DNA of 64,000 bases. Source: an uncultured Bacillales bacterium. GTDB lineage: Bacteria; Bacillota_I; Bacilli_A; RFN20; CAG-288. Of this stretch, positions 29,221 through 38,722 are shown piece by piece (position 1 is the stretch's first letter; every line of letters begins with the position of its first letter). Under the pieces are notes generated by a model that was given only the letters and a program-made list of their open reading frames with translations, was not told the DNA's origin and made no database searches. Location of the stretch: the NCBI GenBank assembly GCA_937896065.1, contig CALBLI010000060.1, forward strand, positions 1,990 to 65,989, written 5' to 3'. Position numbers and translations under genes: made by a program.

Positions 29221-29943
29221 TTAGAAATCAGCATTATGATACACTGCTTGAACGTCTTCTATTTCATCTAGTGCATCCATGAGTTTTTGAAATTTAGCTT
29301 TATCATCATCAGAAAGAGATACTGCTTCACCACTAGGAACAAAAGTCACTTCAGCTTGAGTAAATTCACTGACATTAAAGGCATTAGTTATCTCGTCTCT
29401 GCAAGCATCAAAACTTTCAGGAGTTACTTGAACTTCAATATTGTTATCAACTTTATCAACATTTTGAACATCAATATTATTTAAAATTAAATCTTCTTCA
29501 ACTTCAGATACACTATGTTCTGAATCAAAGGAAACAACACCTAATTTAACAAAATTAAAGGAGACACAACCACTGTTTCCAAGTTTACCACCATGGTGAT
29601 TAAAAGCAGCTCTTACAGCAGCAAAAGCTCTCTTTTCATTATCAGTTAATGTATCAACCATCATTGATACTCCACCAGGGCCAAAGCCCTCATATCTACC
29701 TGGAATATAATTTGATGCATCTTTGCTTTTAGCCTTATCAATAGCTCTTTTGATAACATCGCTTGTAACATGCTCAGCTTTCCATTTTTCAATAGCAGAT
29801 CTGAGTGCTAAATTTTCTTTAGGATCAGGAACACCGCTTTTAGCAGCTAAATATATTTCCTTACTGGCTCTGTTATAAAGTGCTGACTTAGCAGCATTTG
29901 TTTGAGCAATTTTCTTAGCTCTGACTTCGTGTGCTCTACCCAT
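29221..29943 (-). CDS. YebC/PmpR-family DNA-binding regulatory protein
   Basis: 240 aa; N-terminal MGRAHEVRAKKIAQTNAAKS.. and conserved GFGPGGVSMMVD; RBS AAGGAGA. Confidence 0.9.
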   Translation of the reverse strand: MGRAHEVRAKKIAQTNAAKSALYNRASKEIYLAAKSGVPDPKENLALRSAIEKWKAEHVTSDVIKRAIDKAKSKDASNYIPGRYEGFGPGGVSMMVDTLTDNEKRAFAAVRAAFNHHGGKLGNSGCVSFNFVKLGVVSFDSEHSVSEVEEDLILNNIDVQNVDKVDNNIEVQVTPESFDACRDEITNAFNVSEFTQAEVTFVPSGEAVSLSDDDKAKFQKLMDALDEIEDVQAVYHNADF

Positions 29944-30021
29944 ATGTAATTCTCCTTATTTTTTAAATAAATAACACATTATTTTAATTTTTTTACTAAT
30001 TTAATACAAGTTTATTTTTAA

Positions 30022-32793
30022 TTATTCTGTTCTAAGTGACTTAATTGGATCATTTTTAGCTGCTAAATAGGCAGGGATAAAACTTGAGATAAGTGAAACA
30101 ACAATCGATACCAAAATAATAATTAATGCATGGTAGTAGGTAAAATTTGCAATCTGACCAACTCTATATGATGGATATGTTTTATTTACTAATGAATTTA
30201 TAGGGAATGAGAAAACATATGTTGCAATTGAACCTATTATTCCAGAAACTAATCCGATTACCATCGCTTCAAAAACAAAAATAGATGAAACTGATATTTT
30301 AGAAGTACCAATTGCCCTTAATAGTCCAATTTCTTTTTGCCTTTCTAAAACATTATTGCTTATCATAAGTGAAGTCATAAATATTGATACCACAAATGAA
30401 ATGATAGCTACCATCACTAAAATGATATTTGCAAGAACAACTGCTTCTTTAACACTATCAATCAAATCATTATTATTTTCAGTTTGATAGATAACTTGCT
30501 CACCTTCATTTTTAGCATGATTACTCACATTATTTTCATCTATCTCATTAAATGAATCTAATTTAGAAATCAAAACTGTCCTCTGATTTAAATCACTTGG
30601 AAATAAAACAACAGTCTCAATAAGTGAGTAAGCATTAATTATTGCTGATAATGAAATAAATTCTTTATAAGCATCTAATACATCATCTAGTGTTTTATTA
30701 TCATTATTTATTTTTAATATTATTTCAAATAATTTGGTTTGAATTTCTTCTTGTGAGAGCGACAAAGCTGTCAAATCATCACTTATTAGATTTGATGAAT
30801 GTTGTTTAGATGAATTTAAAAATGCAGTCAATGATGTGTAAACATATCTAGAATCATATGGAACATAGAAAGTGAAATACTTATTGATGATGTCATTATA
30901 ACTATTAGCAGGGAACACATCATTATCATCACTTTGATATTTATTGTACAAATCAGTCAATTCTTTAGTTAAAAGATCAATCTCATTACCATCCTGATTT
31001 TTCTTTAAAGCAAAAGAAGTTTCAAAGCTTTTTGAAAGTGCAGAATTTTCATTTTCATTCACAAGTTTTTCTTGAAGCGAAGGAAGATAGCATAAAGCAG
31101 GCGATAGAATATTCATAGCCGTTGTACTTTTAGGTCTAAGTATTCCTTTGATTTTAAGTTTGATACCTTTGCTTTCATCATTATATAAACTATTGATATC
31201 ATTAGCCTCGTAAACATCAATTTGTCTATTTATTAGTGCATCACTTATATCTTTTTTACCAGCAAAATTATAAAATTCATCATTAGTGAATATTTTATAT
31301 TCTTTTTTCAAAACATCATCAAATGAGATTGATTTAATCTTCTTTTCATCATTAGTTTTAACATCATTTTCTTTATCATTTAAATTATAAAATCCCAAGT
31401 TTTTCAAAATATTAAAAGAAACTGCATTATATTTGTTAACAACTAATACTAATTCATTTTCATTAGTTGGCATACTCCCTGCAATCAAATCATATGAAGA
31501 TAAATCACCATATAAAACATGGAAGATATTAGTTGGAAGATATGCATTTGATGCATAATAATTATATGAGTTGACACTTGTTGAAACAGTTGAGATTTCA
31601 CTAGCACCATTTCCATCAATACATGTTGGAAATTCAGTAGCAAGATTGAATGAATATGATGAACCATAGCTTAAAACATATTCTCTTAATATTCCTTCAT
31701 TCTGCAGTGAGTTTAAATAGCTAAAATATTTACTTGTAAATTTATTACTGCGATATGAATAAGTTGATGCCAAAGATACCAATGGATAAATTTCAGTGGC
31801 ACTTGGATATTCAATTGAAGCATTGACTTTGCTAAACTCTTCCTTGCTGCTATTTACTGCATATGAGGATAGTACAACTGGTAAAGACGACGCTTGTTCT
31901 TTGGATATTCTATTTGTGTAATTAGAAAAACCTAAATTCAACGCCAAGAAAAAGCCAATTCCAATTACACCAAGCGAATTAGAGATGCTAGTAACAATTG
32001 ACTTCCATTTTTTGCTAATAAGATTCTTAATTGCCATCTTAAAAGTAATCAATAATGAAAGGTGATTATTTTTTTTCTCAATCGTATTTGCTTTACTACT
32101 ATTTTCTTCACATGAATTTATAGTTTCATCACTTTGTATTTTACCATCAAATAAATGAATGATACGATCAGAATAAATAGAAGCTAAATTTTCATTATGA
32201 GTCACCATAATTACTAGATGTTCTTTGGAAATTTCTTTTAATACATCCATAATTTCAACTGCACTTTTTGAATCAAGTGCACCTGTTGGTTCATCAGCTA
32301 AAACAAATTTGGGATCACTTATTATTGCTCTTATGATGCAAACTTTTTGAGCTTGCCCCCCTGATAGTTCATTGACTTTTTTATCTTTTAAAAACTCAAT
32401 GTTGAATCTCTTTAAATAATTAATAGCTTTTTCTTTGATTTCTTTTACATTCTCACCCCTAACTTTTAGTGGTAAAATTATGTTCTCTATAACTGATAAT
32501 TGAGAAATCAAAAAGCAATTTTGAAAAACAAATCCAACTGATTGATTCTTATATAAATCAAGTTCTTTACTAGATAGTTCACTAATTTGTTTATCATCGA
32601 TTATAATATCACCATCACTAGCTTTATCAAGTCCACCTAAAAGATTTAGTAATGTACTTTTACCACATCCTGATGGTCCTAAAATAGAGACGAATTCATT
32701 CTTATTAAATTCAAGTGATACATCATTTAATGCATAAAACTTATCAGTTTTATTTTTTAAATAATATTTACTTACATTATTTACTTTAATCAT
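30022..32793 (-). CDS. ABC transporter with fused ATPase and FtsX/MacB-like permease (923 aa)
   Basis: N-terminal Walker A GPSGCGKST, signature LSGGQAQ, Walker B VLADEPT; long extracytoplasmic region; C-terminal FtsX-type TM bundle. Confidence 0.8.
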   Translation of the reverse strand: MIKVNNVSKYYLKNKTDKFYALNDVSLEFNKNEFVSILGPSGCGKSTLLNLLGGLDKASDGDIIIDDKQISELSSKELDLYKNQSVGFVFQNCFLISQLSVIENIILPLKVRGENVKEIKEKAINYLKRFNIEFLKDKKVNELSGGQAQKVCIIRAIISDPKFVLADEPTGALDSKSAVEIMDVLKEISKEHLVIMVTHNENLASIYSDRIIHLFDGKIQSDETINSCEENSSKANTIEKKNNHLSLLITFKMAIKNLISKKWKSIVTSISNSLGVIGIGFFLALNLGFSNYTNRISKEQASSLPVVLSSYAVNSSKEEFSKVNASIEYPSATEIYPLVSLASTYSYRSNKFTSKYFSYLNSLQNEGILREYVLSYGSSYSFNLATEFPTCIDGNGASEISTVSTSVNSYNYYASNAYLPTNIFHVLYGDLSSYDLIAGSMPTNENELVLVVNKYNAVSFNILKNLGFYNLNDKENDVKTNDEKKIKSISFDDVLKKEYKIFTNDEFYNFAGKKDISDALINRQIDVYEANDINSLYNDESKGIKLKIKGILRPKSTTAMNILSPALCYLPSLQEKLVNENENSALSKSFETSFALKKNQDGNEIDLLTKELTDLYNKYQSDDNDVFPANSYNDIINKYFTFYVPYDSRYVYTSLTAFLNSSKQHSSNLISDDLTALSLSQEEIQTKLFEIILKINNDNKTLDDVLDAYKEFISLSAIINAYSLIETVVLFPSDLNQRTVLISKLDSFNEIDENNVSNHAKNEGEQVIYQTENNNDLIDSVKEAVVLANIILVMVAIISFVVSIFMTSLMISNNVLERQKEIGLLRAIGTSKISVSSIFVFEAMVIGLVSGIIGSIATYVFSFPINSLVNKTYPSYRVGQIANFTYYHALIIILVSIVVSLISSFIPAYLAAKNDPIKSLRTE

Positions 32794-32797
32794 ATCG

Positions 32798-33598
32798 TTA
32801 ATTTAAATTATTTAGAACATCGACCAGTTTTAAATCATGCTTTTTACTGAAACTGACTGCCTCATATACACATGCATCATCATATATTTGTCTTGGTGCA
32901 TGTGCATCTTGACCAATGATACATTTTGCATTCATCTTACTAGCCATTTCAAAAAAGAAATCAGTAGGATAAATCCATCTATTTACGTCACCTATCTGTT
33001 TAATGCCATTTCTTATACCAGCCACATTGACTTCAAGAGGAATATCATTTTCAATTGCACAATCAATCAAATCACGAGCGACTTTTTTGCAATCATGATC
33101 AAAATTAGAGATGGATTGAAGATAATAATCAGGATGAGCAAAAACAGAATACATCCCACTTTTCATAGCTATAATAGCTAAATCTCGATATTGATATAGT
33201 TGACTTGCATTTGAAATTCTTGAAAATTTAGTAACAATTTCATTTTTATCATTTATAGCCATATGATTTCCTAAAATCATATAGTCTAAAACACCATTTG
33301 AGATAAGTTCTTTAAAAAAAGGAAAGAAATTAGGAAAACTCTCAGCTTCAAATCCAACATAGATATTTATTTTATTCTCATATTTCTTTTTTAAAGAGTT
33401 AATTGATTCAAGATAATTTTCAAAATCATTTTGATAAGAGCCTCTAACTTTTGGTTCATCAAAATTAGGAATCATCGCATGATCTGAAAAGCCTAATGTT
33501 TTAAAGCCTTTTCCAATAGCTTCTAAAACATATTCTTCATCTTCACCAGTAGCGTGTCCACATCTTTTTGTATGTGTGTGATAATTAGCTTTAAGCAT
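32798..33598 (-). CDS. PHP-domain phosphoesterase (HisJ-family histidinol-phosphatase-like)
   Basis: N-terminal NYHTHTKRCGHA metal-binding motif; 266 aa. Confidence 0.7.
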   Translation of the reverse strand: MLKANYHTHTKRCGHATGEDEEYVLEAIGKGFKTLGFSDHAMIPNFDEPKVRGSYQNDFENYLESINSLKKKYENKINIYVGFEAESFPNFFPFFKELISNGVLDYMILGNHMAINDKNEIVTKFSRISNASQLYQYRDLAIIAMKSGMYSVFAHPDYYLQSISNFDHDCKKVARDLIDCAIENDIPLEVNVAGIRNGIKQIGDVNRWIYPTDFFFEMASKMNAKCIIGQDAHAPRQIYDDACVYEAVSFSKKHDLKLVDVLNNLN

Positions 33599-33663
33599 GC
33601 TAATAGTTTAAAGAAATTATCACTTCTTTTCAATAAAATTTATTTATATTTAACTTATTTTAA

Positions 33664-34473
33664 ATGACTATAGTTATTTATATTGATATAAAAATTTGTT
33701 ATAATTTTAAAGCTATGAATAAAGATTCACTTATATCATCAATTGAAAATTTAAATGATGATTCTACACTTAAATTTGTTTATAACGGACTTGAAGTATC
33801 ATCTAGATTTGATAATCAAGAGAAACCTTTTGAAGAAACAAATTATTTATCCCTTCTTTCTTATAATCTTTATTCAATAACTATCAACTCAATCATTTTA
33901 AAGGGATTAGGCAAGATAAGAAGTAAAAATCTTCTAAAATCTTTTTATAATTTTTTTTCAAAAATTGAAAAGAACGTCTCAAAAGATATTTATAATGATA
34001 CTAAAAAGCAAATCGAGAAAGCCAAAAACATCTTAGAAGCTTTTCTTTTTGACTATGAAAAGATATCGCTCAGTCAGCTTCTTGCAAATTATTTACCACT
34101 TGTTGTCATCAATTTATCATCATCTCATAAAGAAGATGAAAAAAAAATATTTAAATTGTTTGATAACAATAAAGAAATGATTATCAATCAGGCAACATTA
34201 TATGTAAGAAGTGCCTATCATTCCTTACTTACTATTGATTATTTAGATCAGACATTATTATCATTTGATAAAAATGATATCTTAAACGGTATTCTTTTCT
34301 ATGATGATATTATTATTTTCTCAACATACAAAGATGCTTGTACTTTCAATGGCTTTAAGCATGTTTTGCTTGATGATGTAAATTATTTAGCTGATTATAA
34401 TAGACTCGATAACGCTAAAAAAATAGCTCTCTTATATTTAGTGAGAGATACAATTGTTTACTTTGAAGTATGA
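33664..34473 (+). CDS. Hypothetical protein (269 aa; alternative start at ATG 33715)
   Basis: Long open frame; 4-nt overlap with the downstream HAD gene; no SD at either start; TATAAT at 33700-33705 could make the 33715 start leaderless. Confidence 0.5.
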   Translation: MTIVIYIDIKICYNFKAMNKDSLISSIENLNDDSTLKFVYNGLEVSSRFDNQEKPFEETNYLSLLSYNLYSITINSIILKGLGKIRSKNLLKSFYNFFSKIEKNVSKDIYNDTKKQIEKAKNILEAFLFDYEKISLSQLLANYLPLVVINLSSSHKEDEKKIFKLFDNNKEMIINQATLYVRSAYHSLLTIDYLDQTLLSFDKNDILNGILFYDDIIIFSTYKDACTFNGFKHVLLDDVNYLADYNRLDNAKKIALLYLVRDTIVYFEV

Positions 34474-35204
34474 TTAAAAATATTCTTTTTGATTGTTGGT
34501 CTACTCTTGTAAAATTCAAGCCGAAAATTGAATCTTGGACTTATAATCCACTCATTGCTCATCTATTAAATAAAGATGAAGTTGACACTGTAAAATTAAA
34601 AAATTTTATAAATTCTTTTTTAGATGAATATTATAAAACTGATATCAAATATGAAATTGATAATAGACAATTTTATCAGCTACTTATTGATATGTTCAAT
34701 TTAAAAGAAGACGTAAGTGTTGATATTTTAAAGGAAGAAACCTTGGATAATTTAGAGATTGAATGTGAAGAACATGTAAATGATTTTTTAAATTTATTAT
34801 CTAAAAATAAAATTAACATGGCTGTTGCCTCAAATACGATGTATTCTTTAGAAAAAACTAAAGAAATTATACATTCATGTATCAATTATAATTTTGATGA
34901 TGTTATAACATCATCCATGTATGGAGTAAGAAAGCCGCACCAATGTTTTTTTGACGCTGTTTTAAATAGACTTCATTGTAAAAAAGAAGAAACCATCTAC
35001 ATCGGTGATTCACCTATTGAAGATGGATATGGGCCTTATAATGCAGGTTTTAAAGGTTCAATACTTGTTTTAAATTCTAAAAAAGATATCAATTTAATAC
35101 CTGACAAAAAGATATTTGATGATCCAAACTTTATCTTTAAAATCTATCAAAATTATGACGAAATTATAGCTGATTTTAATAATATTAAAAAATATTTTTA
35201 TTAG
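34470..35204 (+). CDS. HAD-superfamily hydrolase-like protein with atypical motif I (FDCWSTL)
   Basis: Motif IV GDSPIEDGYG, motif III region, N-terminal hhhFDxxxTLV with the second Asp replaced. Confidence 0.6.
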   Translation: MIKNILFDCWSTLVKFKPKIESWTYNPLIAHLLNKDEVDTVKLKNFINSFLDEYYKTDIKYEIDNRQFYQLLIDMFNLKEDVSVDILKEETLDNLEIECEEHVNDFLNLLSKNKINMAVASNTMYSLEKTKEIIHSCINYNFDDVITSSMYGVRKPHQCFFDAVLNRLHCKKEETIYIGDSPIEDGYGPYNAGFKGSILVLNSKKDINLIPDKKIFDDPNFIFKIYQNYDEIIADFNNIKKYFY

Positions 35205-36418
35205 TCTTTATCATCATTTTTAAATGATGATAAATCAATAACATTACCTTCTACTTTTTCAGATTTTTCAGTATTTTTACCTTCTTTAACAACATAATCT
35301 GCATCAAAAATACTTCCATCATATACTTCATCTTCTTTAAAGAAAGGCCCTCTTACCGAGCTTTCTTCGCCATGTATATAATTAGGAGAAGCAAACGTCA
35401 TTGCATATTGTTTCTTTAATACTTTTGGTATTTTCTTATCAAGTCTTTCGCTTATTGCTTCAATTATCAAATAATTGTTTTTGATTGTAAAATAATCAAT
35501 TAAAATATCAAAGAAAACAATGAGTGAGAAAAAGCTCATCAATGTGATACCAGTTATATATGCGTTAGATGGCTTAAACAAGGTGAAAATATATGTAAAT
35601 AAGCCATACATTAGAGTATGTAACAAGTAATACATCCAATTGAATCTGAGCGATAATAAAAATTCATCTTTGCGATAAAATCGACAGAACGTGGCTTCAC
35701 ATATTGATTCTTGATATGAAGCAGGCAAATTTTTATCAGCATCAGGCATAAGAATCGACATCATATGATGTTTATTCAAATTATGATTTACATGATACAT
35801 AATAAAATAAGTTATTGGTAAAAAGACTGCAACTGACAAAAATATCATTAATGGCTTATATAAATAAGATATTTGATTATTTATGACCTCTAATACATCT
35901 AAATTTGAATCAGAGGCAGCTTTATTTATCATTTCATATGCTAATTTGCTTTCTTCACTCATATTACATAATGGCTTGAAACTATATGAAAAGACAAAAT
36001 AGAAAAATAAAAAAAACAAAATAAATTGAGCAATGCCTAGTATCATTCCATATACTCCACCTAATTTCCCACCAAAAAAGTCATCGTATCCTTTTTTATA
36101 TGAGCCGTTTCGATTACCGATAGATGTTAAGGAAGCACGAAGTCTTTTATCAACTGCATATAACATAGGTAAAACAAAATATAAAAGAAGGATTGAAAAT
36201 AAATATGATAAAGATAATAAAGAGACAATAGTTGCAATAATTAAAGCAGGTAAAATTAGATAAACAATATTTATCCAATCATATTTATAATCCGTGTGCT
36301 GTTTTATTTTATCTTTGACACTTTGAACAAGTAGTTCAAATTCTTCATTTTGCTTTTCTTTTTTTACTTTCACTGAGTTTTTTCTCCTCTTCTTTAAGTT
36401 GATTTGAATTGTTAACAA
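35201..36418 (-). CDS. Polytopic membrane protein, unknown function (start uncertain)
   Basis: At least 8 hydrophobic segments; the ORF-track start overlaps the upstream NERD gene by 74 nt, so an internal start is plausible. Confidence 0.5.
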   Translation of the reverse strand: MLTIQINLKKRRKNSVKVKKEKQNEEFELLVQSVKDKIKQHTDYKYDWINIVYLILPALIIATIVSLLSLSYLFSILLLYFVLPMLYAVDKRLRASLTSIGNRNGSYKKGYDDFFGGKLGGVYGMILGIAQFILFFLFFYFVFSYSFKPLCNMSEESKLAYEMINKAASDSNLDVLEVINNQISYLYKPLMIFLSVAVFLPITYFIMYHVNHNLNKHHMMSILMPDADKNLPASYQESICEATFCRFYRKDEFLLSLRFNWMYYLLHTLMYGLFTYIFTLFKPSNAYITGITLMSFFSLIVFFDILIDYFTIKNNYLIIEAISERLDKKIPKVLKKQYAMTFASPNYIHGEESSVRGPFFKEDEVYDGSIFDADYVVKEGKNTEKSEKVEGNVIDLSSFKNDDKD

Positions 36419-37013
36419 TCATCTGAATTAGCTTTTCACTTTTAGCGTGTGGAATAGCAGTAATGTTATCTTTTTCAGCATCTTTAATTGTTTGAACAAG
36501 TTCTTTGCTTGAGACAAAAAAGACACCCTGCTTTTTAATTTTCATATCAACAGGTAATATTAAATCAGAATTGTAACAAATAACATTTACAATTGTATTG
36601 TCTTTTTTACTAGGATCAAGAGCGTCCATTAAATCATTAACAATCCGATTATTTTCAAATAATGGATTTGGTATTCGACTCTTTTTGTTTTTAGAATTGA
36701 TTGTAAAAATATACGGATCTGAAATATTCCCATATATCATTCCACCATAGTATACATCTTTAATAATATAAATATATTTATCAGCTATAAATATGTGATC
36801 TATTTTGGAAATTGTCTCATCATTAGATAGCAAAAGATGAACATCATTTGCAAGAAGCTGATTGCTTTCATCAGCATAGTGAATCAGTTTAGAATAAACA
36901 ATCTTTTTATAATTTCTTTTAATGTGAATTGTTTTAATTTCAAAGAAAAAGAGAGCTAATATTAAAATTAGTGGTATCAATATAAAAAGAGTGATTACTA
37001 AACCATTGGACAT
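36345..37013 (-). CDS. NERD (nuclease-related domain) protein with an N-terminal TM anchor
   Basis: N-terminal TM helix; core ..ISKIDHIFIADKYIYIIKDVYYGGMIYG.. fits the NERD pattern (E/K-IDH-hhh...G-hhhIExK..G). Confidence 0.6.
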   Translation of the reverse strand: MSNGLVITLFILIPLILILALFFFEIKTIHIKRNYKKIVYSKLIHYADESNQLLANDVHLLLSNDETISKIDHIFIADKYIYIIKDVYYGGMIYGNISDPYIFTINSKNKKSRIPNPLFENNRIVNDLMDALDPSKKDNTIVNVICYNSDLILPVDMKIKKQGVFFVSSKELVQTIKDAEKDNITAIPHAKSEKLIQMIVNNSNQLKEEEKKLSESKKRKAK

Positions 37014-37025
37014 TATGTATTAATT

Positions 37026-37736
37026 TTATTTGATGCAATCAAGAGCTACCTTCATCATATTGGTAAATGAAGTTTGTCTTTCTTCTGCAGTCGTTTCTTC
37101 ATGAGTTATAAGTGAATCAGAAATGGTAAGAAGAGCTAAAGCTTCTTTATGAGCTTGAGCAGCTGTCATAAATAAGCCATATGATTCCATCTCACAGCAT
37201 AAAACACCCATTGAAGCCCATTTTTTCCATTCAGTTTCAGGATTATTATAGAAATTATCAGCAGATAATACTTGGCCAACTTTGAATCTAAATTTATTAG
37301 CTTTTGCAGATTCAACTGCTTTATTTAATGCATCATAAGATGAAATGGCAGAGAAAGTTGAACCATTAGGCAAATTATATTGGCTTGCCCAATTTGAATT
37401 AGTTGAGGCAGCTTGTGCAATAACAATATCAAATAATTTTAAATCAGGAACAATAGCACCAGCTGAACCGATTCTAATGATTCGTTCAACATCATAAAAA
37501 TTATATAATTCGTATGAATAAATTCCAATAGATGGAATACCCATGCCAGAGCCCATAATAGTAACTTCTTTGCCGTTATATTTGCCAGTAAAAGCTAACA
37601 TATTTCTGACAGCATTTACTTGCCTAACATCACTTAAAAATGTTTCAGCAATGAATTTAGCACGGAGAGGATCTCCTGGCATTAAAACAGTTTTTGCAAT
37701 ATCACCTTTATTTGCATTATTGTGTGGTGTAGACAT
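37026..37736 (-). CDS. deoD: Purine nucleoside phosphorylase, DeoD type
   Basis: 236 aa; conserved ..GDPLRAKFIAE.., MGIPS, SAGAI..; RBS AGGAGGataaATG. Confidence 0.9.
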   Translation of the reverse strand: MSTPHNNANKGDIAKTVLMPGDPLRAKFIAETFLSDVRQVNAVRNMLAFTGKYNGKEVTIMGSGMGIPSIGIYSYELYNFYDVERIIRIGSAGAIVPDLKLFDIVIAQAASTNSNWASQYNLPNGSTFSAISSYDALNKAVESAKANKFRFKVGQVLSADNFYNNPETEWKKWASMGVLCCEMESYGLFMTAAQAHKEALALLTISDSLITHEETTAEERQTSFTNMMKVALDCIK

Positions 37737-37804
37737 TATTTATCCTCCTAAAAAGTTAATAATTAACACTACAATTATACAAAAAAGTGATGCAAATTTA
37801 AAGA

Positions 37805-38602
37805 TTAAAGAAGCTGCATAGAGATAAGTTTTTCAAACTCATCAGATTTGACATTGTCAAGCATTCCATTATGGGCGATAGCAATTCTACCAGTTTCTTC
37901 TGAAACAATGACTGTTATTGAATCAGAAACCTCAGAAATACCTAAAGCAGCACGATGCCTTGCACCAAATTTACCGATGACAGCTTTAGTTGAAGGAGTG
38001 TAATACACAGCGGCTGCTAAAATGATTCCATTTCTTATAACTATAGCACCATCATGAAGTCTTGTTCCTTCATAAAAAATAGTTTCAACAAGTTCTGGAG
38101 TGAAAGGGCAATTGATAATAGTTCCAGATTTGATATAGTTATCTAAGGGAGTACCTTTTTCAAAAGTAATAAGAGCACCGACTTTATTTCGACTCAACCA
38201 ATTAACAGCAATAACTAAATTAGAGATAAGTTTTTGCATATCAACATTTTTATCATCATCTTTTTTCTCTTTCATGTTTTTATTTGTCTTCTTGAGTGGT
38301 TTAGCAACAAATTTTCTAAACTCGCCATCATTTGTTCTAATAAAATAAAAATTAGCAAATAAAATTAAGCCTAAGATGACATAAGTTAATACATCAATTC
38401 TAAATATAGCACTGACAATGAAAGCAATAAGAGCCGAAAGATTAAATATTAAGACGAATTTTCTATTGATTTTATAAATCACAAGAGAAATAAATAACAT
38501 AATAATAACACTTGAGATACTGACGCCTAAAATATATGTTAATTTTTCATTTTGGCTGCTAAAGGTAAAAATATCAATCATGTTATTTACAAAAAATGTC
38601 AT
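37805..38602 (-). CDS. cdaA: Diadenylate cyclase CdaA (c-di-AMP synthase), three N-terminal TM helices
   Basis: DAC-domain motifs DGAIVI, GTRHRAALGISE, SEETGRIA; start taken at ATG 38602 (GGAG 9 nt upstream) rather than the ORF-track start at 38620. Confidence 0.85.
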   Translation of the reverse strand: MTFFVNNMIDIFTFSSQNEKLTYILGVSISSVIIMLFISLVIYKINRKFVLIFNLSALIAFIVSAIFRIDVLTYVILGLILFANFYFIRTNDGEFRKFVAKPLKKTNKNMKEKKDDDKNVDMQKLISNLVIAVNWLSRNKVGALITFEKGTPLDNYIKSGTIINCPFTPELVETIFYEGTRLHDGAIVIRNGIILAAAVYYTPSTKAVIGKFGARHRAALGISEVSDSITVIVSEETGRIAIAHNGMLDNVKSDEFEKLISMQLL

Positions 38603-38722
38603 TTTAATTACTCCACACATAAATAGTATATATTAATAAATAAAAATTTAAACTAAAATCAGTTATTTTCTTTAACATTTATCTTTTGTTAAAGTAACAA
38701 CTTTAAAATTATTAATCAAATG

